A stretch of DNA of 62,111 nucleotides, filler included, from Choristocarpus tenellus KU-1152 (lineage: Eukaryota; Protista; Phaeophyceae): assembly GCA_964200185.2 (NCBI GenBank). It is 9 parts of 9 records of this genome, joined end to end, with 100 filler letters (N's around TTAATTAATTAA, not from the genome) between each part and the next. Parts side by side here need not be neighbours in the genome. Positions count along the whole stretch, not along the records: positions 1 to 5,306 come from CAXNAD020011208.1; positions 5,407 to 10,379 come from CAXNAD020012319.1; positions 10,480 to 13,251 come from CAXNAD020024880.1; 6 more parts are not named here. One strand, written 5' to 3'. The notes under the pieces were generated by a model, which ran no database searches, was not told where the DNA came from, and was given only the letters and a program-made list of their open reading frames with translations. This document shows positions 1-12,642 of the stretch, in pieces. The translations under genes and the position numbers were made by a program. How positions within the stretch are numbered: position 1 is the first letter of the stretch; each line of letters opens with the position of its first letter.

Positions 1-557
1 AAGTGAAAATCGAAAAAAGGGTGAAAAACGGACGCCGACACCCCCCCCCCAAGATACTTTGACCCTTGGTCATATTTCCTTAACATCAGGAGCAGTAGGA
101 TATCCCATCCCCCTAGACTCAGGGCAGCTTGTTGAAGTGGGAAAAGGCCATGCTTATGAACTGGGCAACACATTCTGAAATTGTCCACAAAACAAGTGGT
201 AGAGTCCGGATCATTTTGGGAGGGGCGACCGTCTCGTATTGTGATAATAAGATTGTTGTAACCATCTTCTCATCTCCTAACAAAAATCCCCACAGGTTAC
301 TACTTTAGCAATCTAACGCCCACTTTTCTCGATAGATGCACAGCTTTCCCCCTAGGCTCCCAACACATATTTCCATCAATCTCATCTGTCAGAACCTTGC
401 CTCAAAATATTCAATACATAGGAGAATTCCCATGCCTTAAGAGGATGCCACCCTATCGAATGTTTGGGTGAGACTAACAAGCACACTTTCTTCAAATTGA
501 ATTATTTGATGTCACACCTCTTTCACTCACATGAAAAATGTTTCCCGGGGTATAGCT

Positions 558-716
558 GGCTCAAAGTATCTGGGGGGGAGGGGGGGGGTCTACACCAAGG
601 GCGTCCATTCGGACCCTGACCAGGAGAAGTGAGATTATATTATCCATCCGATGCATGCAACCAAAATCACCCCAAAACCACGACATGGAAAAATGGACCC
701 CAAATGGACAGCCGCC

Positions 717-767
<51 letters not shown>

Positions 768-888
768 NNNNNNNNNGTGTGTTCGACTTTTTCTCTTCTC
801 ACCCCCCCCCACAACCCCCAATAAGAAAAAAGGCCCCCCAACTACACCCCCCCCCCCCCCCCCCCCCCCCCCCCAGATAGTTTGAGCC
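558..888. mobile_element. MITE family B (poly-G TIR), TSD agct
   Basis: ggctcaaagtatctggggg...ccccagatagtttgagcc, flanked by agct/agct, with an internal N gap in the C-run. Confidence 0.85.
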
Positions 889-1584
889 AGCTATGTGTAT
901 GTATATTCTGTGTGGCATACACTCTCCTGTTGCTCAAGGAGGAAAAAATAAGGTCAGAAAGAGATGTTCAGATTCTTAATACTTTGGGATTTTGTCCATG
1001 TAAATCAATGTGCCATGCCCGCAGATTTTTAAAAATCCTACAATTAAACCTGCAACCTTTGGGAACCAATATTTTCTTCTCCACCCGCTTCCTTTGGAGT
1101 ATTTGCTTATGTTGTAGATTTGACCAGTGATTGTTGCTAAATCTACGCGCACTTGAAGAAGCTTCTGAGATGTAGACCTCCTGAAAGTCTTTTAGCTCTT
1201 TTTGACTGTTTGAATAGTTTAGTGGCAATGGATTTGTTCTGAGGTTCGCCAGGTAGAAAAAAGGACGGAATTCGTGTAAAGTTTGAACTTGGTCAATTGT
1301 GGTCGCCAACTTTACTAATCCACCCTGAGGTGGATGAATGTATGTAGATCTCAAACAGTTGTACTTTAATGCAATTAGTACTTGTCGCAAGCATGGGGGT
1401 TCGTTGAAAACGCTGGTCAGGACTTGAAAATGTAGCACCTCATGTCTCTCCCAAATCTTAGCTGTAGAGTGATGGAACAATGTGAATAAGCAGTGTTGCA
1501 AAGACTTTGAATTGGTCAATGCTCAACTCTAGCGACCCAAATCAACGATCTCACCAGTAGTAGTAGTACCTACTTTTCTTTTCA

Positions 1585-1761
1585 AGGTCAATATATCTGG
1601 GGGGGGTGGCGGCTGTCTATTTGGGGACCATTTTTCAATGTAGTGATTCTAGGGTGAGTTGGTTGCATGCGTTGAATAGATAATGTGAGTACACATTTCC
1701 TGGTCAAGACCCTAATGGACACCCTCGTGTAGACCCCCTACCTCTCCAGATACTTTGAGCG
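1585..1761. mobile_element. MITE family B, TSD ttca
   Basis: aggtcaatatatctggggg...ccagatactttgagcg, flanked by ttca/ttca. It is the reverse orientation of the 558 copy. Confidence 0.85.
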
Positions 1762-4214
1762 TTCAGATCGGTGTATTTGAGCTCCTAGTTGATGTTTTCT
1801 TATGGCTCTTTTCAGGTGTTCCTAATTCATAGTATCAGTATTCAGTAGGGTCAGTTGTAGGCATTGCATTTTGGAGTAAGGGATATCGTACTTAAGGATG
1901 ACAGTTGTGTATGAAACGGCGTTGGTCACAATGCAAGCAGAATTTTACACTGTTCGCACGCTACCAAAGAGTGTGCTGCCTTACTAAGAACAAAGATGAT
2001 GCTGTAGAATATGCTTTATTAAGTTACAGCAAAGAATGAATCCTATCCATAAAGGGAGGGTAATTCCTATTCTCCAGGTTGACGCTTTCACGCAATTCAG
2101 TAGATCACCAACTGATATATTTCGTAGAATGTTACTTCAACATCACCATATTCCAACGTCCCAATCCATCACTAATCTACTGTACTACACACAGTATCTT
2201 GCTATCTACATAATTACTACTTCAAAGCATCTCCTTGTGCGAACATACACCTGTCCCCAATATTATTCGTTTGTGTTATTGCGGGCGTTTATCGCTGCTC
2301 CATTGCTTGAAAGAAATAACACTTAGTGCATGTTGTGTTTCTATGCACGTTTCTATGAAACCAAAATGATAGTTTTTCTTGACTACATGTAGTAAAGCCG
2401 TTGGATGAACATGGGGCGATAATAACTGTTAGAATGCTATATCAAGAGCTTTGCGCTATCTTGGAATAGAACAACCACAAATGGTCTTACTTTAAACTCG
2501 TATATAAGCGTAAAGTTAAATACTCAACCCTCAGGTAAAAACACCAGCCCAGATTCTGTTTAATTTCAAGACCAATAACTTGGGCATTTAATTGTTTTCA
2601 GGAGCAATATTTATAAGTTGAGACGAAAATTCGAAATAATGTATTAATTGAGAACTTCTGGTCTTTAATGTGGGGAGGTGGTAGCAAATGCATGAAATTG
2701 GAGTAATTGAACGAAGCAGATTCAAAATGTAGCTTGCATTTCGCACAATGTCAGCAGTTATTCCTTCACTTGAACAATACATACTAGAGCTCAACTGAAA
2801 AACGCGAATTGCATTACCACATACGCCTAACCAGTGCCTCCAAATGTATATTCTTGCACTTAGGCTCGTGGTGAGCACCCCATGCCACACATCCGTTGTG
2901 CGGGGGCAGGTCATTCCTGGAGCCCGGTCTTTCCTGATGATGGCGACTGGCTAATTAATATCAGTGCCCTCAATGACATCCATTGGGACGAGGCCAACAA
3001 TCCTACCCAGGTCTGTTTTGTGTTTCGTTTTTTTGTTGGGTGCATCAGAAGATATATTTAGTGATATTTTGAACTGTTCTCACTGGTGTAGATTTCGGGG
3101 AAATTGTGCGCATTGTAGCCTCTTGCCCCTACTTTTGTATGCCAACAAGATATCTGCTGTGGGGCTTGAGGCGAGAGGAACATCAACCACAGTATGAAGC
3201 TACTGCACTTGTGATTCAATATATGTTATTGATAATAGTAGAGCGATCTAGGCTAGGCTGTATAGGCTTTGTGTAGCCTGCAATGACCATGGTGTGTTGT
3301 GAACGTAGGGACGCAAAGGGAGAACTTTTCGAATAAACTGTTACTTTAGCTGCTTTAAAGACTCTGACGCTGCACACTATTGCACATTCAATATCAATTT
3401 GACTGAGAAGATAACGTGACAAAGCGTATTTCAGTAAAATAATCCCTCAACTTGGTACAGTTTGGTCTTCTGGAGTATACACAGCGAAAAGAGGACTTTG
3501 AAGTCTGGTAGTACCCTGATGCTAACGTGAGGTGGACAAAATGGTCAAGGCTAGCGAAAGCTACTGAATCTCAGGAGTATCAACCTTGCTCAGTCGATGC
3601 CTTTTGCAGATCACTGTTGGACCAGGGTGCACCACAGGAAAGCTGGCAAAGTTTCTGGACTCAAAGGAAAGGGGAAAGTGGAGAGGCATGTACCTCCCGA
3701 GCAATGTGGTACTCGACTCTGTGACGTACGGGGGTGTTATCACCATGGCCTGCCACGGTACTGGACATTGCAAGGTGCGTGCAATTACGCCCTTACGGCA
3801 AACTTGGAATCAGATATCCTGCACCTTCCTTGACATATTCCAATTCTGTATGCAATTGAGTCCCAACCAAGTTATACAAAGACTGTGTATGCACATTTAT
3901 TTACACGTTTTATTGCTTTGGTAAAATTTATGAGGTGTTAGGGGCATACTGATAATTTTCGAGAGAGAAAGGTTGTTCGCTCCTGTCAGCCAGCACTTGA
4001 ATCCTCCAGGATATTTTTCACTTTCCTATTCATATTGGTTTGAGGTATATCAAAGGTTTGGAGAAGGACCGTATAGCAGGTGGGGGATCCAACTGACATA
4101 TAGACATTGTCACTCCTAAACCACCAATATGTAGCTTCTGCTCTCCGTGCAATGATCCCTGATTGCATATCAAGACCATACTGTTGTTAGGTCACCAGTC
4201 CTCATAGAAATAGC

Positions 4215-4423
4215 GAGTCAAAGTAACCGAGAGTTTTTTTTTCAAGTTCGTGTGTAGGATATTTTCCGAGTTATGTCGAAAACTTTCAAGCAATAGAGAA
4301 ATCACCCCTCTATCGTCAAACTTAGCACTTCATCAATAGAAATGTTAATTAATTGCGATAGCTTAAATAGTCACTTTCAATGTAAAAAGGGGAAAAATGG
4401 GTACCTCTTCGTCACCTTAGTTT
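4215..4423. mobile_element. MITE family C, degenerate
   Basis: Starts gagtcaaagtaaccgagag. The internal sequence (caagcaatagagaaa...cttagca) is shared with 45383-45641, and it ends near gggtacctc. Confidence 0.65.
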
Positions 4424-5306
4424 GTTCCTGACCCACGCCGTACTATGTGTTGAAATTGATACCACATTTGACCATCCCGATTCCTCTGAACCTCCTCTTC
4501 CCCACCCATCTCCACAGACTATCCCTGACTATATTGTGGGAACTACGATATTAAAGTGGGATGGCACATCGATGACTTTGAAGAGGGAGGACGACGCTAG
4601 TGGATTTGCCTTGAAGATCCTACACTTTGGATTGATGGGCATATCCACATGTGAGACCGATCAGTGGGCTCTCCTCATCCCTTCACATTTTTTGTATCTA
4701 AATCTTACCTCTGACCCCCCTCCAATGCCCATGGGGGTGGGTTGTTGTCCTCTCGTGGGAGGGAAATGAAAACTCGACTCTCCCATATATGCTGTTTGTG
4801 AGGCAGGACTGATGTTTTCATTGGCTGTAGTACTGATCTGCCATGTTGTGTGTTGTGGGCAAGGATGACCAGGAAAAAGCGGATGGAAGAGTGCACTCTG
4901 GGCTTTCTTCCGTGTAGACCTCTCTACATTTCTTTTAAAGGGAATTGGAGCAATAGAAAGCACTCTGCTCTCCATAGTGTATTAGCTGTTTTCTCTCTGT
5001 ATCGTATCCGTCAGTTGACAAAGTGAACAAACAACTCAAACGTTATGATGAGATGTAAGATGCCACACAAGGATTTTAACTCTGACAGTAAAAAAAATAC
5101 CAAATACCAACATGGAGTTCTTGTCAGCCGTTACTATTGCCTCTCCATTAGCAGTGGGGACAATTGAAGTAGCTGCGCCGGAAAGGACGGTGCTAGAGAG
5201 ACACTGCCACTAAACCTCACACACCGCTCTAGCTGATACCACTCAGCCCAACGTGTTCTGGGTCAAAGTATCTGGGGGGGGGGGGCCGGCGTCCGGTGTG
5301 CACCCT

Positions 5307-5406
5307 NNNNNNNNNNNNNNNNNNNNNNNNNNNNNNNNNNNNNNNNNNNNTTAATTAATTAANNNNNNNNNNNNNNNNNNNNNNNNNNNNNNNNNNNNNN
5401 NNNNNN
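5307..5406. other. Artificial contig-joining spacer N44-TTAATTAATTAA-N44 (also at about 10380, 13252, 35133, 40226, 43246, 48623 and 55947)
   Basis: The same 12-mer, with stops in all six frames, is centred in each about 100-nt N block. Confidence 0.97.
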
Positions 5407-5602
5407 GGAAGATAAGGAAGACAGTAGTACAATATTTGATAGTGGTGAAGTAACTGATTAGTGGTTTCCACACTTACAATGTTTTATAGTGTTCTTATGT
5501 TTAGGATATTTTATTTCTCTAGGGACAACAACGACACATATATAGTTTTCATTGGTTTTCCCCCTGACACATCTGCAAAATGTCAGAGGGTATAATAATA
5601 AA
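5407..5602 (+). mobile_element. Second copy of the CRE-like element 3'UTR and tail
   Basis: Clearly homologous to 57157-57352 and ends tgtcagagggtataataataa. A short 5'-truncated copy lies at about 18388-18446, in a dynein intron. Confidence 0.75.
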
Positions 5603-6372
5603 ATATATATGCAATGTCTGTATATAGACAGCGTTGATTCATTCGTGTGCGGAGCATTGTTCTCTTAAAAGCTATGTTAACACATAGGCTACTCACCTGT
5701 TTGTTCCTTGATACAATACAGTTCCACCAGGCAACACTGACTGTTGATTGGTCTGTTGCGTTCTGGACGTTACTTTCACTANNNNNNNNNNATCAACTAC
5801 AATCAGAACACCTTAGTAGAGAACAGTCGCTCTGTGTACCACACGAATAGTATAGTATAGTATACGTCACTTGAGTTGCATCACCTATTGGTTCAGTTTT
5901 GTTCTCTTGATCTCTTGTTTGTTGTTTTTGCTTCACTCTTTCTTCTTGTCAGCAGAAGATATACGTTGATGGTGGATTATTATTTCTTTCGTGACTGCCA
6001 TTGATCCCTCAAATTGCACCAAACTCACTCTGCAAATTGTCTACCAAACACACACATGGATGTAATATAATCAGATTAAAACCATCCGCGGAAACCCTTG
6101 CCAGCCAAGGTAAGAAGCCTCTCCACAGAGCACGGACTTCTTTCGCTGAGTATCACATGAAAGAACACTGAATTCACATCGCATCATTCTTGATTGAGAG
6201 ATCAATGACTCCAGTAACAACAGAATAAATACATCGATACTTTGCAGCACAATCACACCTATACATAACATAGACTACGCATATCACTCATCAGTGCTTT
6301 GTAACACCGTGATTCCTCATCGATAGGAGTCTGCGCACTTTGCCTACCTCTATGCTGCATTCGATTCAGGTT

Positions 6373-8045
6373 TCAACACACACCAGCTGTCAATAGTGGT
6401 ATCACCAACATTCTGAAATCCAATGCCCCTGTATCTATCACCATTAGAACCGTGAACACACCAGCTGTCAGCCGTGGTATCACCAAGATTTTCAAATTCG
6501 ATACCCTGTATTTATCATCATTAGAACCGTCTACACACCAGCTAGCTGTCAACAGTGGTAATACCAACATTTTCAAATGAGATGCCCTGTATTTATTACC
6601 ATTAGAACCGTGCACACACGAGCTGTCAATAATGATATCACCGACATTTCAAATGAGATGCCCCTGTATTTATCACCATTAGAACCGTCTACACATCAGC
6701 TGTCACTAGTGGTATCACCAACATTTTCAAATGAGATGCCCCCGTATTTATCACCATTAGAACCGTCTACAGCTGTCAGCCGTGGTATCACCAACATCTT
6801 CAAATTCGATGCCCCCGTATTTGTCACCGTTAGAACCGTCTACGCACCAGCTGTCAGCCGTGGTATCACCAACATCTTCAAATTCGATGCCCCCGTATTT
6901 ATTACCATTAGAAACGTGCACACACGAGCTGTCAATAATGATATCACCAATATCTTCAAATTCGATGCCCCCGTATTTATCACCATTAGAACCGTCTACA
7001 CACCAGCAGTCACTAGTGGTATCACCAACATTTTCAAATTCGATCCCCCTGTATTTACTACGATTAGAACCGTGAACACACCAGCTGTCACTAGTGGTAT
7101 CACCAACATTTCCAAATTCGATTCCCCTGTATTTATTACCATTAGAACCGTCTACATACCAGCTGTCACTAGTGGTATCACCAACATTTTCAAATGAGAT
7201 GCCCCCATATTTATCACCATTAGAATGAAAGTATCTTAGAGGGTACAAGTTTTGCCCTGTTTGTCCATTTGGGACTTGGCTTCCCACGCGTTTCAAGGAT
7301 ATTTTACCTACTCCGAAATGTTTCGGTGTAGGTAAAATGTATACGTTATGAAAAGGTGTGACCGGAACAAGGATATTGACATCTCGTAACAAACATTGGA
7401 TTTTGACCCCCAAATGGACGAGGCTCTACCCTCTAAGATACTTTGACTCATTAGAACCGTGTACACATCAGCTGTCCCTAGTGGTATCACCAACCTTTCC
7501 AAATGAGATGCCCTGTATTTATCACCATTAGAACCGGGTACACACCAGCTGTCACTAGTGGTATCACCAATATTTTCAAATTCAATGCCCCCGTATTTAT
7601 CACCATTAGAACCGTGCACACACGAGCTGTCACTAGTGGTATCACCAAGATTTTAAATGAGATGCCCCTGTATTTATCACCATTAGAACCATCTACACAC
7701 CAGGTGTCACTAGTGTTATCACCAAGATTTTCAAATGAGATATGCCCTGTATTTATCACCATTAGAACCGTCAACACACCAGCTGTCAGTCGTGGTATCA
7801 CCAAGATTTTCAACTTCGATGCCTGCACTGTATTTATCGCCATTATAACCGTGTACACACCAGCTGTCAGCCGTGGTATCGCCAACACTTTCAAATTCGA
7901 TCTCCCTGTATTTATCACCATTAGAACCGTGCACACACCAGCTGTCAGCCGTGGTATCACTAACATTTTCAACTTCGATACCCTGTATTTATCACCATTA
8001 GAATCGTCTACACACCAGCTGTCAGCCGTGGTATCACCAACATCA
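6373..8045 (-). repeat. 78-bp (26-codon) tandem array, about 18-19 units, interrupted by a MITE
   Basis: Unit is approximately accattagaaccgtctacacaccagctgtcactagtggtatcaccaacattttcaaattcgatgcccccgtatttatc. The minus strand reads GGIEFENVGDTTSDSWCVDGSNGDKY. Several units carry small indels. Confidence 0.95.
7223..7449. mobile_element. MITE family A inserted in the 78-bp array, TSD atta
   Basis: gaatgaaagtatcttagagggta...taccctctaagatactttgactc. The empty site ccattagaaccgt is known from the neighbouring repeat units. Confidence 0.9.
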
Positions 8046-8691
8046 CTAGTCAGGCATCTATAATTTGTTTGATCAAAACCGTTCATAAACCGTCTTATGC
8101 CACCCCAGTCGCTGACAATGTAAGCCCTGAAGGCAAAACCCATGATCCTAACCCAAAGCCTGAACCTAACCAACAGTAATTACCTACATCTCGAACACTC
8201 AACCCAATCCGCGAAGAGACAGATTTCACCTTACATCCAACATGTCGACGTAGTTGCAATGCAGCGGCTATCGTCAGAATTAATTCCAGCAAATTCAACT
8301 AACCTTTTTCCGAAATTGGAACATGGGTTGCAGTGACATATGTTGAGAGTAATCAGACAACTGATCCGAAATAGAACTATGCCTCCACGATCCAATTCCA
8401 CGCACCACAACATCAGTCTGTCGAATGTTACGTGGTGACACCATTGATACGCACGTGTTAGAGCTCCGATACGATTGGAATGTTTCTGATAAGGTTCGTA
8501 TTGCGTCGCAATGCGATCCCGATTTAACTCGCGCTCTGGTATCAATACACGCGCGTAGCTTGGTCCAAAAAACCGCGGTAACCTCACTTTAGAATTTTAT
8601 GGCTTCTGCCAACCGACAGAATATACCAAATTTCTACTTCAAAGTACGTTCCAAAATTGCCACATTCGTTTCAAACTGATGCATTCATGCC

Positions 8692-9143
8692 TTCACTTTC
8701 GCGGTTCCACATTTTGTTTTCCTGCTTAGGGTTCTTGTTCCAAATCGGTACACACCACCCCCAACCGTCTTGCCGTGCTTTGGAAATTGACCTCCTTTAC
8801 CATTCGACACAACACATCAAATTTCTTCATTGTTGTCTGCCCTATGTCAAACACAAACCTGTCCATGATTGCCCTACCGACATCTAACCCAGGGCGGCGC
8901 GTAAATCCTTTTGACCTTCATCTTTCACTTTCGTGGTTTGACAGTATGTTTTCCTGCTTAGGGTTCTTGCTCCAAATCGGTACACACCACCCCCAACCGT
9001 CTTGCTGTGCTTTGGAAATTGATCGCCTTTACCGTCCAATGCGACACATCAAATTTCTTCATTACTGTCTGCCCTATGTCAAACACAAACCTGTGCATGG
9101 TTGCCCTCCCGACATCTAACCTGGGTCGGCGCGTAAATCTTTT
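8692..9143. repeat. Tandem duplication, 2 x about 232 bp
   Basis: ttcactttcg...cctgcttagggttcttg...ggcgcgtaaatc at 8692 and 8924. Confidence 0.9.
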
Positions 9144-9872
9144 TCGTCTGCGTACGGTATTGGTACATTCTCGTATACAATATTCTTTCCATATTGGCGG
9201 GGTTTACCGTTCACTGCATGTTCGCAAATAACAGTCTCCACAGAAAGTACTATGCCGTCCATTACCATTTCACTATCCATGCGCTCCTCCATGTCAGTTC
9301 TCGACCACTCTAAGGGGCGTCCCGAACAAACGACTCTCGGCCGATCCCGGCTAAGGAAAGAAGAAGAGGATGCGGGAAAGGGGAAGGAGAACAGACCAGG
9401 GGACACCGATCCAGATCCTGCGTTTGCCGTCCAGTCCAAGGAAGAATGGGCATCGCAACCATGGAAAATCAAACGGGCATTCTTGCGGAGGATGCACACC
9501 AAGAATGCCCTCATCAAAAAGGCTGTCCTGAAGGTCGCCGTGCAACTCATGAATGACCTCAAGATGAAAGACGAGCTCGGGATCAACCCCGACCCGCCAA
9601 TGAGTCATCAGCCGGGTCTTTCGAAGAGCCTGCTCCAAAGAAACAATATATCCTGAGCGAAAAGGAACTCAAGGGAGTGTCGGGCTCATCCACTCATCTG
9701 TCCACCGTATTTGAGTTCGTAACAAGTCACCTCACTATAAACGCCCTGATCGCGCACATTAATTTAAACCCATAAAACCCACAGGTCAAAAGGACCCTCG
9801 TGTTGCAGGAGGATGTGGAGGAGGGTACAGTCTACCTGGGCATCGTCAAATACTCAGAGGGCGTTACCTTGA

Positions 9873-10129
9873 GAATAAAAGTATCTTAGAGGGTAGGAGT
9901 TTTGCCCTGTTTGTCCATTTGGGGCTTGGCTTCCCATGGTTTTTTTGTGACATTTCCTACTCCAAAATGTTTAGGAATAGGTAAAGTGTATATGTTATGA
10001 AAAGGTGTGTCCAGAACATGGATGTTGACACTTTCAAACAAACACGATGGCCAAAATTACATCAAAATCGCAACATTGAATTTTAGCCTCCAAATGGACA
10101 CTGGTCTACCCTCTAAGATACTTCGGCTC
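9873..10129. mobile_element. MITE family A
   Basis: TIR aaagtatcttagagggtag / ctaccctctaagatacttcggctc with the conserved internal sequence. Confidence 0.9.
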
Positions 10130-12401
10130 TGAATACCAGTGGCGAACACGCAGGCAAGCAATTACATCATTGTACAACACCGCCATATGTGAACATCAAA
10201 CAACATTCCCTACACCAAACACAACGCCTTGTCTCTCAGAGATCTTACTGACATTGGATAGTTTCACAATGTACACTGACGCAGGGTTCTCGAGTTTTAT
10301 ATGTTGTGAAGATGCTCATCGAACAGAGACCCAAAGTATCTGGGAGGTGGGGGGGGGTCTACAATAGGGTGTCCATTTGNNNNNNNNNNNNNNNNNNNNN
10401 NNNNNNNNNNNNNNNNNNNNNNNTTAATTAATTAANNNNNNNNNNNNNNNNNNNNNNNNNNNNNNNNNNNNNNNNNNNNCCCCAGATACTTTGACCCGTA
10501 CGCAGTCTTTAGAACACAGACAGGAGATGATAAGTTATGGGACACCAGTATGGAGGACGTACTATTACAAAACAACATTGCCAAAAGGCAAAGAACGACC
10601 AGAAAAAGAAAATAGTGATTCAGTCTGAGAAGCGCATCAACCCCACATTGTGACTCCCACATACTACGCTTATATTCCATCGAAGCATTATGGCAATATG
10701 GCCTTGTCTAGTGAAGTATACCCATCCTCCCACCTGCACCCCCCAGACCCCATTTCCTGCTGATAGTGGCCCTTCAGACACCTCCAATGCTACTGTTACA
10801 GGCGCCCCTCATAACTCACCTCCACAGGATATGCAACTCAAATCCAACGACCATAAAACGACGCTACAAGGGGGGTCCACAGATGATAACCACGTACGGT
10901 GTCAGCTTGATGTTTAGCTCAGTCAATGTCTCGCTTATCACTTTATCCAAATAGGTATATCAAAAGAACTGAGGGCGTGGTGATCCACATCAGCCTTCAA
11001 TTAGCATCATCAACCATTTTTCTACAGTCAAAGAGTTAAATGAAGTCTGCAAACTGCTAAGTAGATACTTCAATCATAAATGTTTATTCTGCAACTTCCA
11101 GGAATTGACATCTATTCTGTAAGATTGTGTTTTAATTTCACATCTTACAATGCATTTCCTATTAAATCATCATTTATTCTGTAAGGCTACCTATGTGTTA
11201 CTAAAATCGTATATTGTTCGCACTTGTTAGAACTCGAGAAACAATGCTCACATATACGTCTGTCACAAATGTTCGTGATTGCTAAAACATGGGAATAATT
11301 GCTCGCGCTATTTGCGCGTAACAAATGCTCGCACTTCATTGGAACACAAGAAGAAATACTGGCGCTATTCGCCTGGAACACTACACCGCAAAAGAGGGAA
11401 TAATAAAATGTACAAAGAAGCGAGAAAAGAAGGTGCACAATAATAAAACTATGGTGAAAACCCACCCTAGCCATTTTCCAAATGCTTACACCGGGCATAC
11501 CCGTTTCGTAAGTCCAGATTACATCAGTCCTCAAGCATTAAACCAATTGTCACCTAAGAAGTCAATGTGGTTCACAACAAGCAAGCATATAAATGCAGTT
11601 CCCCAAAGCACACTATGCACAAAAAAGGAGGTCATATATATGCATAAAAGTAGAATGCACAAAAAAACATACCTTTTACTGATCCCAAAACCACGAAGTA
11701 TACAAAGTCAGTGATCCTACAGCAGTGGTCAAGAGTGAGGAGTACCCTGTGTACAGCCAATACACAACACAGTCAAAAGCACAACTATCATCCAAAGGTG
11801 GAACTCCCATTTATCTGTATCAGTGACTGACGCAACAATACCAATTCATGCTCTTCTCTTGTGGCAGCACAAACAAAAACATATTTTTGGAACATGCTCA
11901 TACTAGTGAGAATTAGCACGATGTTGATACATGTGTGTAACGAGGTAGGGTTCCACCGTTCTCCAAATTTAGCATATTGCTGCACTTTAGAGCCAATGGC
12001 CATGATGATATTACTGGTCTACTATTGACGTGTACACTCCACATTGTCTTCCAATACATTACTTGGGTTGGTGGTGCATGAAGTCCAGCACGTGATGTGG
12101 AGTGGTGCAATTCCTGCCCTCGTTAAAGACTTAGAAGAACCTGGATTCTTTGAAAAAGAAAGTGATAAATGGTGTGCAGAAGAGATACCTATAACCCCAA
12201 ATTGCCTTGCCTTCTTTATGCAGTTATGATCATGTTCTTTACAACTACTATAGAAACAAGGAGGCTTGTCTAAGGCACAGTACACCTCCTTTCCTCTTTT
12301 TAAGTCGATATGTGAGAGGAAGGAGGGCAGGTTGTTTCCAAATCATATCCAACGGTTAAAATACCATACCAAGAGTTTATCGGTGACCTAAATACGACAG
12401 A

Positions 12402-12642
12402 GAGTCAAAGTAAAGGAGGGGTATCCAGGTTTTGTCTATTTTTCATTTTAAGCCAGTTTTCCAATCTTTTGCAATTCATCCATATTTCTACAGATAAAGT
12501 TGTAAGTTTTGCTTGAGAGCGTTTATTTCTCTATTATTTGAAACTTTTCCGACACAATAAAAAACAAACTATATACATCTTTTTGAAAAGTTCGATTTTG
12601 CGCATATTTGTCAACATGGGTACCTCTCGTTTACTTCGACTC
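12402..12642. mobile_element. MITE family C
   Basis: gagtcaaagtaaaggaggggtatcc...gggtacctctcgtttacttcgactc. It is homologous to 45383-45641 in the opposite orientation. Confidence 0.8.

Noticed and set aside
561-885. Poly-Pro and poly-Gly ORFs
   Set aside because: They are translations of homopolymer C/G runs in a family B MITE with an N gap.
968-1519. 183-aa ORF as the autonomous transposase for the MITEs
   Set aside because: It has no recognisable DDE/DDD motif and lies between two separate MITEs that each have their own TSD. It may be a decayed TE, but I cannot assign it.
5351-5362. TTAATTAATTAA palindrome recurring eight times as a possible biological motif
   Set aside because: It is always centred in N blocks of the same size, so it is an artificial six-frame-stop contig linker.
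6373-8045. CRISPR-like array
   Set aside because: The whole unit is repeated with no unique spacers, there are no cas genes and the context is eukaryotic. The same applies to 52518-52720 and 56072-56268.
8095-8126. YIVSDWGGI as a GH3 glycosidase nucleophile motif
   Set aside because: The resemblance is only a few residues and the flanking sequence does not continue as GH3, so it is unsupported without a search.
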